36,085 nucleotides of DNA from Vicinamibacterales bacterium (lineage in GTDB: Bacteria; Acidobacteriota; Vicinamibacteria; Vicinamibacterales; CAVVIG01). Location of the stretch: the NCBI GenBank assembly GCA_035632195.1, contig DASQHH010000604.1, positions 1 through 36,085 on the forward strand, written 5' to 3'. A model generated the notes under the pieces. It had not been told where the DNA came from. It worked only from the letters and a program-made list of their open reading frames with translations, and did no database searches. Both the position numbers and the translations under genes were made by a program. Positions 8,374 through 18,410 of the stretch are shown here, in pieces; the first letter of the stretch is position 1; each line of letters begins with the position of its first letter.

Positions 8374-9294
8374 TCATGCCGGCCGTCCCGCCACGTGCGG
8401 TTTCAGAACGGTGGCGATAAAGCTGTGCGTCGGCGTGTCGACGCCGACCTCACGGCCCAGTCGAACGATTGCGCCGCTCAGCCATGGGAGTTCGAGCCGG
8501 CGGCCGCGCTCGAGGTCCTGCAGCATCGACGACTTCGCCTCAGGCGCCATCGTCGAGTACGCCTTCTCGACGTCCGCGATGATCGAATCGGGCACGTCCA
8601 CTCCCTTCGCGCGCGCGACGGCGTGCGCCTCGCGGAGCGCCGCTTTCAACATGCCGAACACATCCGGATCGGCCGCGATCGGTCCAATCGAGCAGCGGGT
8701 GACGGCGGTCATGCCGCTGAAGACCGAGAGCCGGACGAACTTCGACCAGATGTCGATGTCGATGTGATCGCTCAGCGTCGGGCGGAAGCTCGCGGGAATA
8801 CACGCGGAGAGAAAGCGCTGCAGGCGCGGCGAACGCGAGCCGTCGAGCTCGCCGAAGATGAGCGAGTCCATCACGGTGTGGCGGATCACGCCGGGTTCAG
8901 CGATGACCGCCGTGATGTACGTCGTGCCGCCGGCCGTATGACGCGCGCCGATTGCGCGCGCCAGAATGCCGACGCTCTCGACGCCGTTCTGAAAAGGAAT
9001 GACGACCGTGTCCGGCCCGAGCAGCGGCGGCAGCGAGGCGAGGGCGGATTCCACGTCGTACAGCTTGACCGTGAAGAGCACGACGTCGACCGGCCCGATC
9101 GCGCGCGCGTCGTCGGTGGCGTTCACCCGGGCGAGGTGCAGATTGCCCTTCGGGCTCTCGATCCGCAGTCCGTTCGTGCACAGGGCACTGAGATGCGCAC
9201 CGCGTGCGAGAAACGCGACGTCGGCGCCGGCAGCCTGCAGACGGCCGCCGAAGTATCCGCCCACACCTCCCGCGCCCACGACCGCGATCCGCAT
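8374..9294 (-). CDS. panE: 2-dehydropantoate 2-reductase (ketopantoate reductase, ApbA/PanE family)
   Basis: N-terminal MRIAVVGAGGVGGYFGGRL Rossmann motif. C-terminal SMLQDLERGRRLELPWLSGAIVRLG block is typical of PanE. Confidence 0.85.
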   Translation of the reverse strand: MRIAVVGAGGVGGYFGGRLQAAGADVAFLARGAHLSALCTNGLRIESPKGNLHLARVNATDDARAIGPVDVVLFTVKLYDVESALASLPPLLGPDTVVIPFQNGVESVGILARAIGARHTAGGTTYITAVIAEPGVIRHTVMDSLIFGELDGSRSPRLQRFLSACIPASFRPTLSDHIDIDIWSKFVRLSVFSGMTAVTRCSIGPIAADPDVFGMLKAALREAHAVARAKGVDVPDSIIADVEKAYSTMAPEAKSSMLQDLERGRRLELPWLSGAIVRLGREVGVDTPTHSFIATVLKPHVAGRPA

Positions 9295-9306
9295 ATCGGC
9301 GGCATT

Positions 9307-9672
9307 CTATCCGGTCGAGACGAGGAACTTGTTGCCGTCCGGATCCTGGAACATCGCGAACGTGCCCCAGTCGGCTTTCTGCGGCTCCTGCGTGAATGTG
9401 ACGCCGCGCGCCTTGAGCTCCCGCACCGTCGCTTCGACGTCGTCTGCCATGAAGCTGATGTTCATGAAGCCGCCGATCATCTTGCGATGCTCCTCCGGCG
9501 TGAACAGCACGACCCGTGTGTCCGCACGCGGAATCGCGAGCTCGATCCAGCGCTGGTCGCCTGAGAAGGGCGCGTCGGTGACGACCCGCATGCCGAGCTT
9601 CTTCGTGTAGAAGTCGAGAGCGCGATCCTGGTCGGTCACCGGCACGCTGACGAATTTGATTTGCTTGATCAT
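9307..9672 (-). CDS. VOC / glyoxalase-bleomycin resistance family protein
   Basis: The sequence MIKQIKFVSVPVTDQDRALDFYTKKLGM...FQDPDGNKF is typical of the VOC fold. It lies 12 nt upstream of panE. ATG 9672 was chosen; ATG 9681 is possible. Confidence 0.85.
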   Translation of the reverse strand: MIKQIKFVSVPVTDQDRALDFYTKKLGMRVVTDAPFSGDQRWIELAIPRADTRVVLFTPEEHRKMIGGFMNISFMADDVEATVRELKARGVTFTQEPQKADWGTFAMFQDPDGNKFLVSTG

Positions 9673-9725
9673 GTCGCACATGCTGCAATCGTTCGCGGCG
9701 CCGCGCAAGGCGTGCATGCGATACT

Positions 9726-10031
9726 ATGGCAAAGATTGCTACAGCGATGGTCATAGACGATTACGTCGTCGACACCCTGATGGCGGATCTCATCGGGCAC
9801 GATCGCCAGCCGTCGGCGTTCCTCGTCTACGTGTTTCTGTCGCGCGCGGCCGACGGCAAGGCGGCGACGGCGCAAATCGCGCTCCAGGACATCGCCGAGC
9901 GGACCGGGTTGTCCAAGCGGTCGGTTCAGAGCGCGCTCGGCTGGCTCGTGAAGCGCCGGTTGATCGCCGTGTGGCGCGAAAGCATCACGGCGATTCCGGT
10001 CTACACCGTGTTGAAGCCGTGGCGGCGATGA
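9726..10031 (+). CDS. small winged-helix DNA-binding-like protein (hypothetical)
   Basis: The segment IALQDIAERTGLSKRSVQSALGWLVKRRLI looks like an HTH recognition unit. 101 aa. Start uncertain (ATG 9726 or 9747). Confidence 0.55.
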   Translation: MAKIATAMVIDDYVVDTLMADLIGHDRQPSAFLVYVFLSRAADGKAATAQIALQDIAERTGLSKRSVQSALGWLVKRRLIAVWRESITAIPVYTVLKPWRR

Positions 10032-10102
10032 CGGTCAGCTCCGTCAATTTGACCGCAAACGGCGGATAGCGCCGTAAGGCGGGCCTCGGTCATAGTCGAC
10101 GC

Positions 10103-11179
10103 ATGCAGACAATGAATCTCGAACAACACGTTCAACCACACCTGAGCGACGCGCGCTGGACGGCTGTGCTGGCACGCGACCGCGCGGCGGACGGCACCTT
10201 CGTCTACGGCGTGCGCTCGACGGGCGTCTACTGCCGACCGTCGTGTCCGAGCCGACGGCCGCACCCCGATCGCGTCGTGTTTTTCGACGCGCCCGCTGAC
10301 GCGCGCGCAGCCGGGTTCCGGTCGTGCCTGCGTTGCCGGCCTGACTCCGTGGCAGCGATCGACCCCTGGATCGAGAAAGTCCAGCGCGCCTGCGTCTATC
10401 TGGCCAACGTGGAGGGAACGCCGTCCCTCGCGACGCTCGCTCGCCGGCTGGGTGGCAGTCCCTATCACCTGCAGCGGAACTTCAAGCGCATCGTCGGCGT
10501 CTCGCCCCGTGAGTATGCGGACGCCTGCCGTTTTCGCCGCGTACGGATGCGCCTGCGGGCCGGTTCCGACGTCACGGCCGCGATGTTCGACGCCGGCTAC
10601 GGGTCGAGCAGCCGTTTCTACGAAGGCGCGGCGACGAAGCTGGGCATGACGCCGTCGAGCTACCGCCGCGGCGGTGAGGGGGTGGCGATCCGATACGCGG
10701 TGGTTGCGTCTCCGCTCGGCCGCCTGCTCGTCGCCGCGACCGATCGCGGCGTGTGCGCCGTCATGATGGGCGCGTCTGACGAGGACCTCGTCCGCGGCCT
10801 GACCTCCGAGTATCCCGCGGCGAAGGTAACCGGCGATCGCGGCGGCCTTGCCGAATGGACGTCGGCGATCCTCGACCATCTTGCCGGCCGTCACCCGCGG
10901 CTCGACCTGCCGCTCGATGTCCGCGCGACGGCGTTCCAGTGGCAGGTCTGGCGGGCGCTCGCTGACATTCCGTACGGGGAGACGCGCACGTACGGTGACA
11001 TCGCCGTTGCCGTCGGCCGTCCGAAGGCGGTCCGTGCCGTCGCGCGCGCCTGCGCGACGAATCCCGTCGCACTGGCTATCCCCTGCCACCGCGTGGTGCC
11101 GGCAAGCGGCGGGACGGGCGGCTATCGATGGGGCGCCGCTCGAAAGCGAAAGCTCCTTGCGCGCGAGCGGCCGTACTAA
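10103..11179 (+). CDS. ada: bifunctional Ada: methylphosphotriester-DNA methyltransferase / AraC-type regulator / O6-methylguanine-DNA methyltransferase
   Basis: Ada zinc-binding cysteines CRPSC...CLRC, an AraC HTH (SPYHLQRNFKRIVGVSPREY), and the MGMT active site IPCHRVV preceded by TYGDIA. Confidence 0.9.
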   Translation: MQTMNLEQHVQPHLSDARWTAVLARDRAADGTFVYGVRSTGVYCRPSCPSRRPHPDRVVFFDAPADARAAGFRSCLRCRPDSVAAIDPWIEKVQRACVYLANVEGTPSLATLARRLGGSPYHLQRNFKRIVGVSPREYADACRFRRVRMRLRAGSDVTAAMFDAGYGSSSRFYEGAATKLGMTPSSYRRGGEGVAIRYAVVASPLGRLLVAATDRGVCAVMMGASDEDLVRGLTSEYPAAKVTGDRGGLAEWTSAILDHLAGRHPRLDLPLDVRATAFQWQVWRALADIPYGETRTYGDIAVAVGRPKAVRAVARACATNPVALAIPCHRVVPASGGTGGYRWGAARKRKLLARERPY

Positions 11180-11182
11180 AAT
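11177..11182 (+). promoter_or_regulatory. -10-like hexamer TAAAAT, 9 nt upstream of ATG 11192
   Basis: Overlaps the ada stop codon. No SD before the next start. Confidence 0.25.
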
Positions 11183-11191
11183 GTCTGCCGC

Positions 11192-12409
11192 ATGACACGC
11201 TACGGCCGGTCGCCCTGGCTGGATACGTTCCCCGCTTCGCGCGTTCCGTCCTATCCGAAGCAGCGCGGAGCGCTCCAGGCCGACGCCGTCATCATCGGCG
11301 GCGGACTGACCGGATGTCTCACGGCGTATGCCTTTGCTGCGGCTGGGATCGAACCCGTTCTGCTCGAAGCGGATCGCATCGGCCGCGGCGCGACGGCGTT
11401 TTCGTCAGGGTGGATTTCCGAGGAGCCGGGCGTCGCGTTCGGCGAGCTCGAGCAGACGGTCGGGCTGCGCGGGGCCCGGCGCGTGTTTCAGTCGTGGCGG
11501 CGGGGAGCGCTCGATTTCGCCGCGCTGCTGCGCCGGCTCGACATCAAGTGCGCGCTCGAGGAACGCGGTACGGTTTCGGTGGCGGCAACGCCCGAACAAA
11601 CGCTGCGGATGAAGAAGGACCACAAGGCGCGCAGCGCCGCGGGGCTTGCCGTGCCGCTGTTGAACGCGCGTGCCGTTCGAAGCGAAGTACATCTGGACGC
11701 CGCTGCCGGTCTGCGGAGCAGGGCTGGCGCGACGGTCGATCCGTATCGTGCGACGATCGGGTTGGCGGCCGCTGCGGCGTCGCGTGGCGCGTCGATCTGC
11801 GAACGGACGCCCGTAAGCCGCATAAAGTTCGGCCGGCGCAACGCGCAGGTCTTCACGCCATGCGGCTCGATCCGCACCCAGCGCATCGTCGTCGCGACCG
11901 GCATGCCCACGCCCGCGTTGTTCAAGGCGCTGCGGCGTCATTTCTGGTTCCGGACAACGTATCTGGTCATGACCGATGCGGTTCCGGCGAGAGTTCGGAA
12001 GCCGATTGCGTCGCGCTTCGTCCTTCGCGACTCCGCAGAGCCGGCGCACGTCATCCAGTGGGCCGGCGACGACCGGATCCTGGTGTCCGGGGCCGATGGG
12101 GAGACGCCGCCGCCCCGTCAGCTTGACAAGATGCTGGTGCAGCGCACCGGACAGCTGATGTACGAGCTGTCGACGTTGTACCCGGATATTTCAGGACTTC
12201 AGGCCGGTTACGGCTGGGCGGCCGAGTACGCACGGACCACGGAGGGCATTCCCTATATCGGAGCGCACCGGAACTACCCGCATCACCTGTTCGCATTCGG
12301 CGATTCGAGCCGCAGCCTCACGGGCGCCTACCTTGCCAGTCGCATTCTGCTACGCCAGCACTCCGGCGAATTGGATCCGGCCGACGCAGTCTTTGGATTT
12401 CACCGTTAA
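11192..12409 (+). CDS. FAD-dependent oxidoreductase (DAO family)
   Basis: Dinucleotide-binding motif DAVIIGGGLTGCLTAYAFAAAG. 405 aa. It lies 12 nt after ada. Confidence 0.8.
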   Translation: MTRYGRSPWLDTFPASRVPSYPKQRGALQADAVIIGGGLTGCLTAYAFAAAGIEPVLLEADRIGRGATAFSSGWISEEPGVAFGELEQTVGLRGARRVFQSWRRGALDFAALLRRLDIKCALEERGTVSVAATPEQTLRMKKDHKARSAAGLAVPLLNARAVRSEVHLDAAAGLRSRAGATVDPYRATIGLAAAAASRGASICERTPVSRIKFGRRNAQVFTPCGSIRTQRIVVATGMPTPALFKALRRHFWFRTTYLVMTDAVPARVRKPIASRFVLRDSAEPAHVIQWAGDDRILVSGADGETPPPRQLDKMLVQRTGQLMYELSTLYPDISGLQAGYGWAAEYARTTEGIPYIGAHRNYPHHLFAFGDSSRSLTGAYLASRILLRQHSGELDPADAVFGFHR

Positions 12410-12457
12410 CCGGTCGACCCGCGTCTAAGATAAGAAGTTAATCAGAGGAGCATCTTC

Positions 12458-15427
12458 ATGCGTACTATTTTCTCGGCGCTGGTTGTGCTTGCGCTGGCCG
12501 CATCACCCACGCTGGCGCAGTCGACAGCGGCCAACGGCACCATCGAAGGCACGATTACCGACACCTCCGGGGGAGTCCTGCCGGGCGTCACCGTCACCGT
12601 CGTCAATACCGAGACGGGCGCGGACCGCACGGTCGTGACGAACGAAAAAGGGATCTATCGTGCACCGCTGCTGCCGCTCGGCACGTACAAGGTCAGCGCC
12701 GAGCTCCAGGGCTTCAAGAAATTCGAGCAGACCGACATCAAGCTCTTGGTCGGCCAGACGCAGACCGTCAACGCGACGCTCGCGGTCGGCACGGTCAGTG
12801 AAACGATCACGGTCAACTCGTCGGACTTGCCGGCGCTCGAGACGTCGCGCATCGACATCGGCCACACGATGACGGATCTCGAGGTGCACAACCTCCCTCT
12901 CGTAGCCCGCAATCCGTACAACTTTGCGCTCGTGCAGCCGGGCGTCACCGGCATCGAGAACGTGGAGTTCGGCGTGCCGCGGCTTTCAGCCAACGGCGCC
13001 GCGATGCGCATCAACTACATGATCGACGGCAACACGAACACGGAGAAGGATCGGGCGGGACTGCGGCTGCTGCCGATGTCGGAAGTGATGATTCAGGAAG
13101 TCAAGGTCGTCACGACCGGCTTTGCCCCGGAGTTCGGCCAGACCATGGGCATGGTCTACAACGCGGTGACGCCGTCGGGGACCAACAAGTTCAGGGGTGA
13201 GGGCAGCTATCTGTTCCGCCGGAAGCCGTTCAGCGCGTTCCCGTTCTTCTTCGGATGCGGGAGCTCGACGGTCGCCGCGAACTGTCCGTCGATTGCCTCG
13301 GTCGTCGCCGCGGGCGAGGCGAAGGGCGTCAGCGAGAGCGCCCAGCGTCCTGACACGCGCGTCGATACGGGCACGGCCGACGTCGGCGGTCCGATCGTGC
13401 AGAACAAGGCGTTCTTCTACGCGGGCTGGGAGCAGACGCGCCGCGACCTCTCATCGACGAGCCTGATCACGGCGAACCCGTCCGATGTGAGCGCGGTCGG
13501 CGCCAAGGCGCAGCCGACGGCTGCGCCGAACGTTCAGACGGCGAAGTTCGCGATCGGAAAGGGCGACTTCCAGCTCGGCGACAGCAGCCGGCTGACCGCG
13601 CGCTGGATTCGGTTCCACAACGACGCGCCGTACAACAGCGGCGGTGGACTCGCCATCCTCGACCGCGCCACCGACTTTCTCGACGCGATGGATTCGACCG
13701 CCGGACAGGTGGTGTCGTCGCTCGGCTCGAACAAGCTGAACGAGTTCCGGTTCCAGTACGCGCACCGCCACCAGACGTCGGTGGCGAACGCCGATTCGGG
13801 TGCGAGCGGACCGGCGGTTACCATTCCGAACATCATCAGCTTCGGACCGCCAATCGGCGGGACCGGCCAGGGCAACGCCGGCATCGACTTCAAGCAGGAC
13901 ATCACGCAGGCAATTGACAACTTCACGTATATCCGCGCCGCGCACAGCTACAAGTTTGGGTTCGACTGGCAGCACATCTACGACGGGCGCACCAACGCGC
14001 CGCAGTTCGTCTACCAGTTCGGCACCGTGGCCGCGTATCTCGCCGCGAAGAGCGGCGCGAACCCGTTCGGCTATACGAACATGACGGAGATCGTGGGCAA
14101 CCTGTCGTTCAACATGTCCACGAACGTGTTCAGCACGTTCGTGCAGGACGACTGGCAGATCGCGCCCTCGGTCAAGCTGCTGTACGGCGTGCGCTACGAC
14201 CTGTACAAGTATCCCGACGGCCTCGGCGATGCGCCGCTGGCGCAGACGCACACGTTCAATACCGACAAGAACAACTTCGGCCCGCGCGTGGGCGTGGCCT
14301 GGTCGGTGGATCCGTCGACCGTCGTCCGGGCAAGCACCGGCGTCATGTACGACCAGCCGATTCTGGGCGGCTACGAGCAGGCCATCGCGTTGTCCGGCGC
14401 GCCGTCGCGCGCGGCCGCATACACGTTCACGCCGACGCAGGTAGGCGCGCCCGCATTCCCCAACACGATCGCATCCGGATCACTCAACATCACGCCATGG
14501 GCCGTCGACCCGAATTTCGTCGTCGGACACACGTGGCAGAGCAACGTCCAGGTCGAGCGGGGGTTCGCGCGCGACATGACGGCATCGGTCGGCTTCATGT
14601 ATGCGAAGGGCAGCGACCTGCCGGTCGTTTCAGACGCCAACCTGATCGGCGTCCAGACGGTAGGCACGCTCGCCGACGGGCGTCCGATCTACAGTACCGC
14701 AATCAACGCGTCGACGCGCGTTGACCCCCGCTTCAATCACATCAACGAGGTCCAGTCGATCGGCGACTCGACGTTCAAGGGCATGACGGTCATGTTCTCG
14801 AAGCGGTACTCGAGCGGCCTGTCGTACAACCTGCAGTACGTGCTCGCGAAAGGGCTCGACAACACCCCGCTGCTGACGCAGTTGACCGTCCAATCGGAGT
14901 CCGGCCGCACCGACCCGAGCAATCTCAACACCGACATCGGACCGAACCCTCTCGACATGCGGCACAGCGTCAACGGCAACATCGTGTACGTGTCGCAGAA
15001 TCACTCGCCGAATCGCGTCGTGCGCGAGCTGCTGAGCGGCAACGAGATTGGCGTGCTGATTCAGGTCAACAGCGGCCTGCCGGTCAACATCGCCGCGTCG
15101 GGCTCGCTTGCGGATCTGAACAAAGATGGCGTCACGAGCGATCGTCCGCTGTTCGTCGCGCGCAACTCGCTGTACCTGCCGGCGCGGAAGAACGTCGACC
15201 TCCGCTACACGCGCTGGATTCCGATCACCGGCTCGGTGAGAGGCGAGGTGATTGCCGAGCTCAAGAACGTCTTCAACACCGTCGAGATGGCCGGAATCTC
15301 GACGGGCACGGTCGTCGACGCCGCGGGCAACCCGGTCGCTGCGATCCCGACGGACCCCAACCTGTTTCCGAATCCGTCGGGCTACGAGCAGCGCAAGTTC
15401 CAGCTCGGCTTCAAAGTCCGGTTCTAA
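12458..15427 (+). CDS. TonB-dependent outer-membrane receptor with an N-terminal carboxypeptidase-regulatory-like domain
   Basis: SD AGAGGAG upstream. Signal peptide MRTIFSALVVLALAASPTLAQS. CarboxypepD_reg block GTITDTSGGVLPGVTVTVVNTETG...KGIYRAPLLPLGTYKV. C-terminal beta-barrel ending in QLGFKVRF (terminal aromatic residue). Confidence 0.9.
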   Translation: MRTIFSALVVLALAASPTLAQSTAANGTIEGTITDTSGGVLPGVTVTVVNTETGADRTVVTNEKGIYRAPLLPLGTYKVSAELQGFKKFEQTDIKLLVGQTQTVNATLAVGTVSETITVNSSDLPALETSRIDIGHTMTDLEVHNLPLVARNPYNFALVQPGVTGIENVEFGVPRLSANGAAMRINYMIDGNTNTEKDRAGLRLLPMSEVMIQEVKVVTTGFAPEFGQTMGMVYNAVTPSGTNKFRGEGSYLFRRKPFSAFPFFFGCGSSTVAANCPSIASVVAAGEAKGVSESAQRPDTRVDTGTADVGGPIVQNKAFFYAGWEQTRRDLSSTSLITANPSDVSAVGAKAQPTAAPNVQTAKFAIGKGDFQLGDSSRLTARWIRFHNDAPYNSGGGLAILDRATDFLDAMDSTAGQVVSSLGSNKLNEFRFQYAHRHQTSVANADSGASGPAVTIPNIISFGPPIGGTGQGNAGIDFKQDITQAIDNFTYIRAAHSYKFGFDWQHIYDGRTNAPQFVYQFGTVAAYLAAKSGANPFGYTNMTEIVGNLSFNMSTNVFSTFVQDDWQIAPSVKLLYGVRYDLYKYPDGLGDAPLAQTHTFNTDKNNFGPRVGVAWSVDPSTVVRASTGVMYDQPILGGYEQAIALSGAPSRAAAYTFTPTQVGAPAFPNTIASGSLNITPWAVDPNFVVGHTWQSNVQVERGFARDMTASVGFMYAKGSDLPVVSDANLIGVQTVGTLADGRPIYSTAINASTRVDPRFNHINEVQSIGDSTFKGMTVMFSKRYSSGLSYNLQYVLAKGLDNTPLLTQLTVQSESGRTDPSNLNTDIGPNPLDMRHSVNGNIVYVSQNHSPNRVVRELLSGNEIGVLIQVNSGLPVNIAASGSLADLNKDGVTSDRPLFVARNSLYLPARKNVDLRYTRWIPITGSVRGEVIAELKNVFNTVEMAGISTGTVVDAAGNPVAAIPTDPNLFPNPSGYEQRKFQLGFKVRF

Positions 15428-15448
15428 GGACGGCGACAGCCGGTTCAG

Positions 15449-15474
15449 TAGGGGCCGCTCGCGGGCGGCCCCTA
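15449..15474 (+). terminator. perfect 10-bp GC-rich hairpin after the TonB receptor gene (probable intrinsic terminator without a T tract)
   Basis: TAGGGGCCGC (15449-15458), loop TCGCGG, GCGGCCCCTA (15465-15474). It starts 22 nt after the stop codon. Confidence 0.45.
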
Positions 15475-15543
15475 CGTCCCGGCTCCGATCCCAGCCCCTC
15501 CCGCTCAACCCCGTCCTTCGCGCTTCGGAAGGCAGCCGCCCAG

Positions 15544-15549
15544 TAGAAT
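15544..15549 (+). promoter_or_regulatory. -10-like hexamer TAGAAT, 6 nt upstream of ATG 15556
   Basis: Fits TAnnnT. No SD. The spacing is that expected for a leaderless transcript. Confidence 0.35.
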
Positions 15550-15555
15550 CGTCTG

Positions 15556-18396
15556 ATGAAGCGCGCCGTCCTGCTTTCCATATCCCTTCTCGTTGTGGCC
15601 GCGGCGAGGCCCATTGCACAGATGCGCGTCGTGCCTGTGGATGCCGAAGGCGGACACGTGGCGCTCGGGCTCGCGCTGCGTCATCTCGCGAATACCGGCA
15701 TCCTGATGCAGACCACCGCGCATCCAGACGACGAGAACAACGCGCTGCTGGTGATGATGAATCGCGGCCTGGGCTATCGCACGGCGCTCGCGACGGCCAC
15801 GCGGGGCAACGGCGGCCAGAACGAAATCGGGCCGGAGATCTTCGAGGCGCTCGGCGTCCTGAGGACGAAAGAGCTCGAGGCGATGCACCGCTTCGATGGC
15901 GCGGAGCAGTACTTCACGCGAGCCGTCGACTTCGGATTCTCGTTCAGCATCGAGGAAACGTTCGAGAAATGGGGCCGCGACGACATCACGTCCGACTATG
16001 TGCGCCTGATGCGGATGGTCCGCCCGGATGTGATCATCGCGCTGCCGCCAGGCGGCCCCGGCGGCGGGCAGCATCATCAGGCCTCGTCGATCATCTCGCG
16101 CGACGCGTTCAAGCTCGCGGGTGACGCGTCGAAGTACCCCGACCAGCTGCGCGACGGGGTTCGACCGTGGCGGCCGAAGAAGTTCTACGTCCTGACCGGA
16201 TTCGGCTTGCCCGCCGACGCGCCGCCGCAGGGCCACGTCGCGCGCGTCAGCGTTGCGGGATACGACTCGCTGCTCGGCAAGACCTACGCGGAGATCGGCA
16301 CCGAAGCCCGCAGCATGCACAAGTGCCAGGGCATGGCGCAGCTGTTGTCGCTACCGTCGCCGATGTCGTGGACGTATCAGCTCGTCGAGTCGACGCTGCC
16401 GGGTCAGATCGACAACGGGACCGCGCTGAAAGACGAAGCCTCGCTCTTCGACGGACTCGATACGAGCATCGCTGGGCTGGCAAAGCTCGCCGGCGCGCGT
16501 CCGCCGAAGGACCTCATCGACGGCTTGGCGGTCATTGCGCGCTCGGTGACAGCAGCGCAGAAGGCATTCGATGCCGAGACCGACGCTGCCGCGCTCAAGC
16601 CGCTGTTCGACGGCCTGTTCGCCGTCCGGGTCCTGCGGCAGACGCTGAAGTCGCTGCCGATCGAGGACGGGGCGAAGGACGACATCGAATTCCGGCTGCG
16701 TCAGAAGGAGCGCGAATTCCAGCAGGCCATCCTGCTGGCCGGCGACGTCGAAGTCGATGCGCTCGCCGACGACGGCGTGGTCGTTCCGGGCCAGAAGGTT
16801 GCCGTGTCGGCCATCGTTGCCAATCATGGCAATGCCGACGTCAGCATAAAGGGCGTGCGATTCGACGGGTTCTCCGGCGGCGCTGCGTGCGAGCTGCTGC
16901 AAGTCACGGGACCCCTTGCGTTGTTTCCCGGCATGCCGGAGCCCAAGCCGGGACCGCCGCTTTCGACGCTGAAGAAGGGCCAGGTCGCGCGCTGCGTGGT
17001 TCAGCTGCAGGTGCCGCCGGATGCCCGCGTCAGCGAACCGTACTGGCACCGCGCAGGCGAAGCGGGCAGGTACACGTTTGATGACGGCGCGCCGTTCGGA
17101 CTGCCGTTCCGGCCGACGCCGTTCTACGCGCAGCTGACCATGACCTGGCCGGGGCTCGGCGGAAACGAGGAAGTCATCGACGGCATGCCGGTTGAACACC
17201 GGTACGAAGGCAACATCTTCAGCGGCGAGAAGCGCACCCAGCTGCTTGTCGTCCCGGCGTTTTCCGTCAGAAGCGAGCCGGAGATCGCCATCGTTCCGGC
17301 AGCGTCGATTCGAAGCGCGCCAGCCGTACCTGACCGGCCGCAGAAAGGCACCCGCCCTGCTGCCCGGCCGCGCCCGCCGGCCGCGGCCGGGTCGCGCGGC
17401 ACAGCCGTTCCCGCGTCGCCGCCCGCCGCCGATCGCGAAGTTCGCGTGACGGTGGTCAACGACACGCCGACGGCAGCCGAAGCGACAGTGACGCTCGATG
17501 TTCCGGAAGGATGGACCGCGGCGCCGCCCTCGCAGCCGGTGACCTTCACCCGCTCGGATGAATCCCAGACGGTGAAGTTCCAGGTCAAGCCATCGCCGTC
17601 GACGGAGCTGGGCACCTTTCACGTCAAGGCCGTGGTGACCGCTGCGAATGCGCGCTTCGAGCGTGGCTACGAGGTCATCGAATACCCGCACATCACGCGC
17701 GCCCACATCTACATGCCGTCGGACACGACCGTGAAGGTCATCGATGTCCGGACGCCGCCGAACATGACCGTCGGGTATGTGATGGGCGTCGGCGATCAGG
17801 TGCCGCCGGCGATCCAGCAACTCGGGTTGAAGGTGGAGCTGATCACGAGCGACGATCTCGCGTGGGGCGATCTGTCACGGTTCGACGCGATCGTGACCGG
17901 CGTCCGGGCGTACGAGCGGCGCGCCGACCTGCGCGCGAACAACAGCCGGCTGCTCGACTACGTGTTCAAGGGCGGAACGCTGGTCGTCCAGTACAACAAG
18001 CTCGAGTTCAATGCGGCACAGTACGGTCCGTATCCGGCGAAGGTCAGCCAGGATCGCGTCACCGACGAGCACGCGCCGGTTCAGATTCTCGATCCGCACA
18101 ACCCGGTCTTCACGACGCCGAACGAGATCGGCGAAAGCGCGTGGCAGAACTGGGTGCAGGAGCGCGGACTGTACTTCATCGGCGAGAAGGATTCGCGTTA
18201 TCGCGACCTCGTCGAGTTGGAGGATCCGTTTCCATACAACAAGGGGGTCAAGCGCGGAGCGCTCGTGGAAGCGCAGTACGGAAAGGGCCGCTGGATTTAC
18301 GTCGGACTCAATCTGTGGCGCCAACTCCCCGCCGGTACGGATGGCGCCTACCAGCTGCTCGCAAACCTGCTGTCGATCGGGAAGATGAAACCGTAG
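15556..18396 (+). CDS. large secreted PIG-L/LmbE family deacetylase with a C-terminal GATase1/ThuA-like domain
   Basis: Signal-like MKRAVLLSISLLVVAAA. LmbE motif MQTTAHPDDENNAL and a later GGGQHHQAS. C-terminal FDAIVTGVRAYE...GGTLVVQYNK resembles a class I glutamine amidotransferase-like fold. 946 aa. Confidence 0.85.
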   Translation: MKRAVLLSISLLVVAAARPIAQMRVVPVDAEGGHVALGLALRHLANTGILMQTTAHPDDENNALLVMMNRGLGYRTALATATRGNGGQNEIGPEIFEALGVLRTKELEAMHRFDGAEQYFTRAVDFGFSFSIEETFEKWGRDDITSDYVRLMRMVRPDVIIALPPGGPGGGQHHQASSIISRDAFKLAGDASKYPDQLRDGVRPWRPKKFYVLTGFGLPADAPPQGHVARVSVAGYDSLLGKTYAEIGTEARSMHKCQGMAQLLSLPSPMSWTYQLVESTLPGQIDNGTALKDEASLFDGLDTSIAGLAKLAGARPPKDLIDGLAVIARSVTAAQKAFDAETDAAALKPLFDGLFAVRVLRQTLKSLPIEDGAKDDIEFRLRQKEREFQQAILLAGDVEVDALADDGVVVPGQKVAVSAIVANHGNADVSIKGVRFDGFSGGAACELLQVTGPLALFPGMPEPKPGPPLSTLKKGQVARCVVQLQVPPDARVSEPYWHRAGEAGRYTFDDGAPFGLPFRPTPFYAQLTMTWPGLGGNEEVIDGMPVEHRYEGNIFSGEKRTQLLVVPAFSVRSEPEIAIVPAASIRSAPAVPDRPQKGTRPAARPRPPAAAGSRGTAVPASPPAADREVRVTVVNDTPTAAEATVTLDVPEGWTAAPPSQPVTFTRSDESQTVKFQVKPSPSTELGTFHVKAVVTAANARFERGYEVIEYPHITRAHIYMPSDTTVKVIDVRTPPNMTVGYVMGVGDQVPPAIQQLGLKVELITSDDLAWGDLSRFDAIVTGVRAYERRADLRANNSRLLDYVFKGGTLVVQYNKLEFNAAQYGPYPAKVSQDRVTDEHAPVQILDPHNPVFTTPNEIGESAWQNWVQERGLYFIGEKDSRYRDLVELEDPFPYNKGVKRGALVEAQYGKGRWIYVGLNLWRQLPAGTDGAYQLLANLLSIGKMKP

Positions 18397-18410
18397 GATA
18401 CTGGCGCGCC

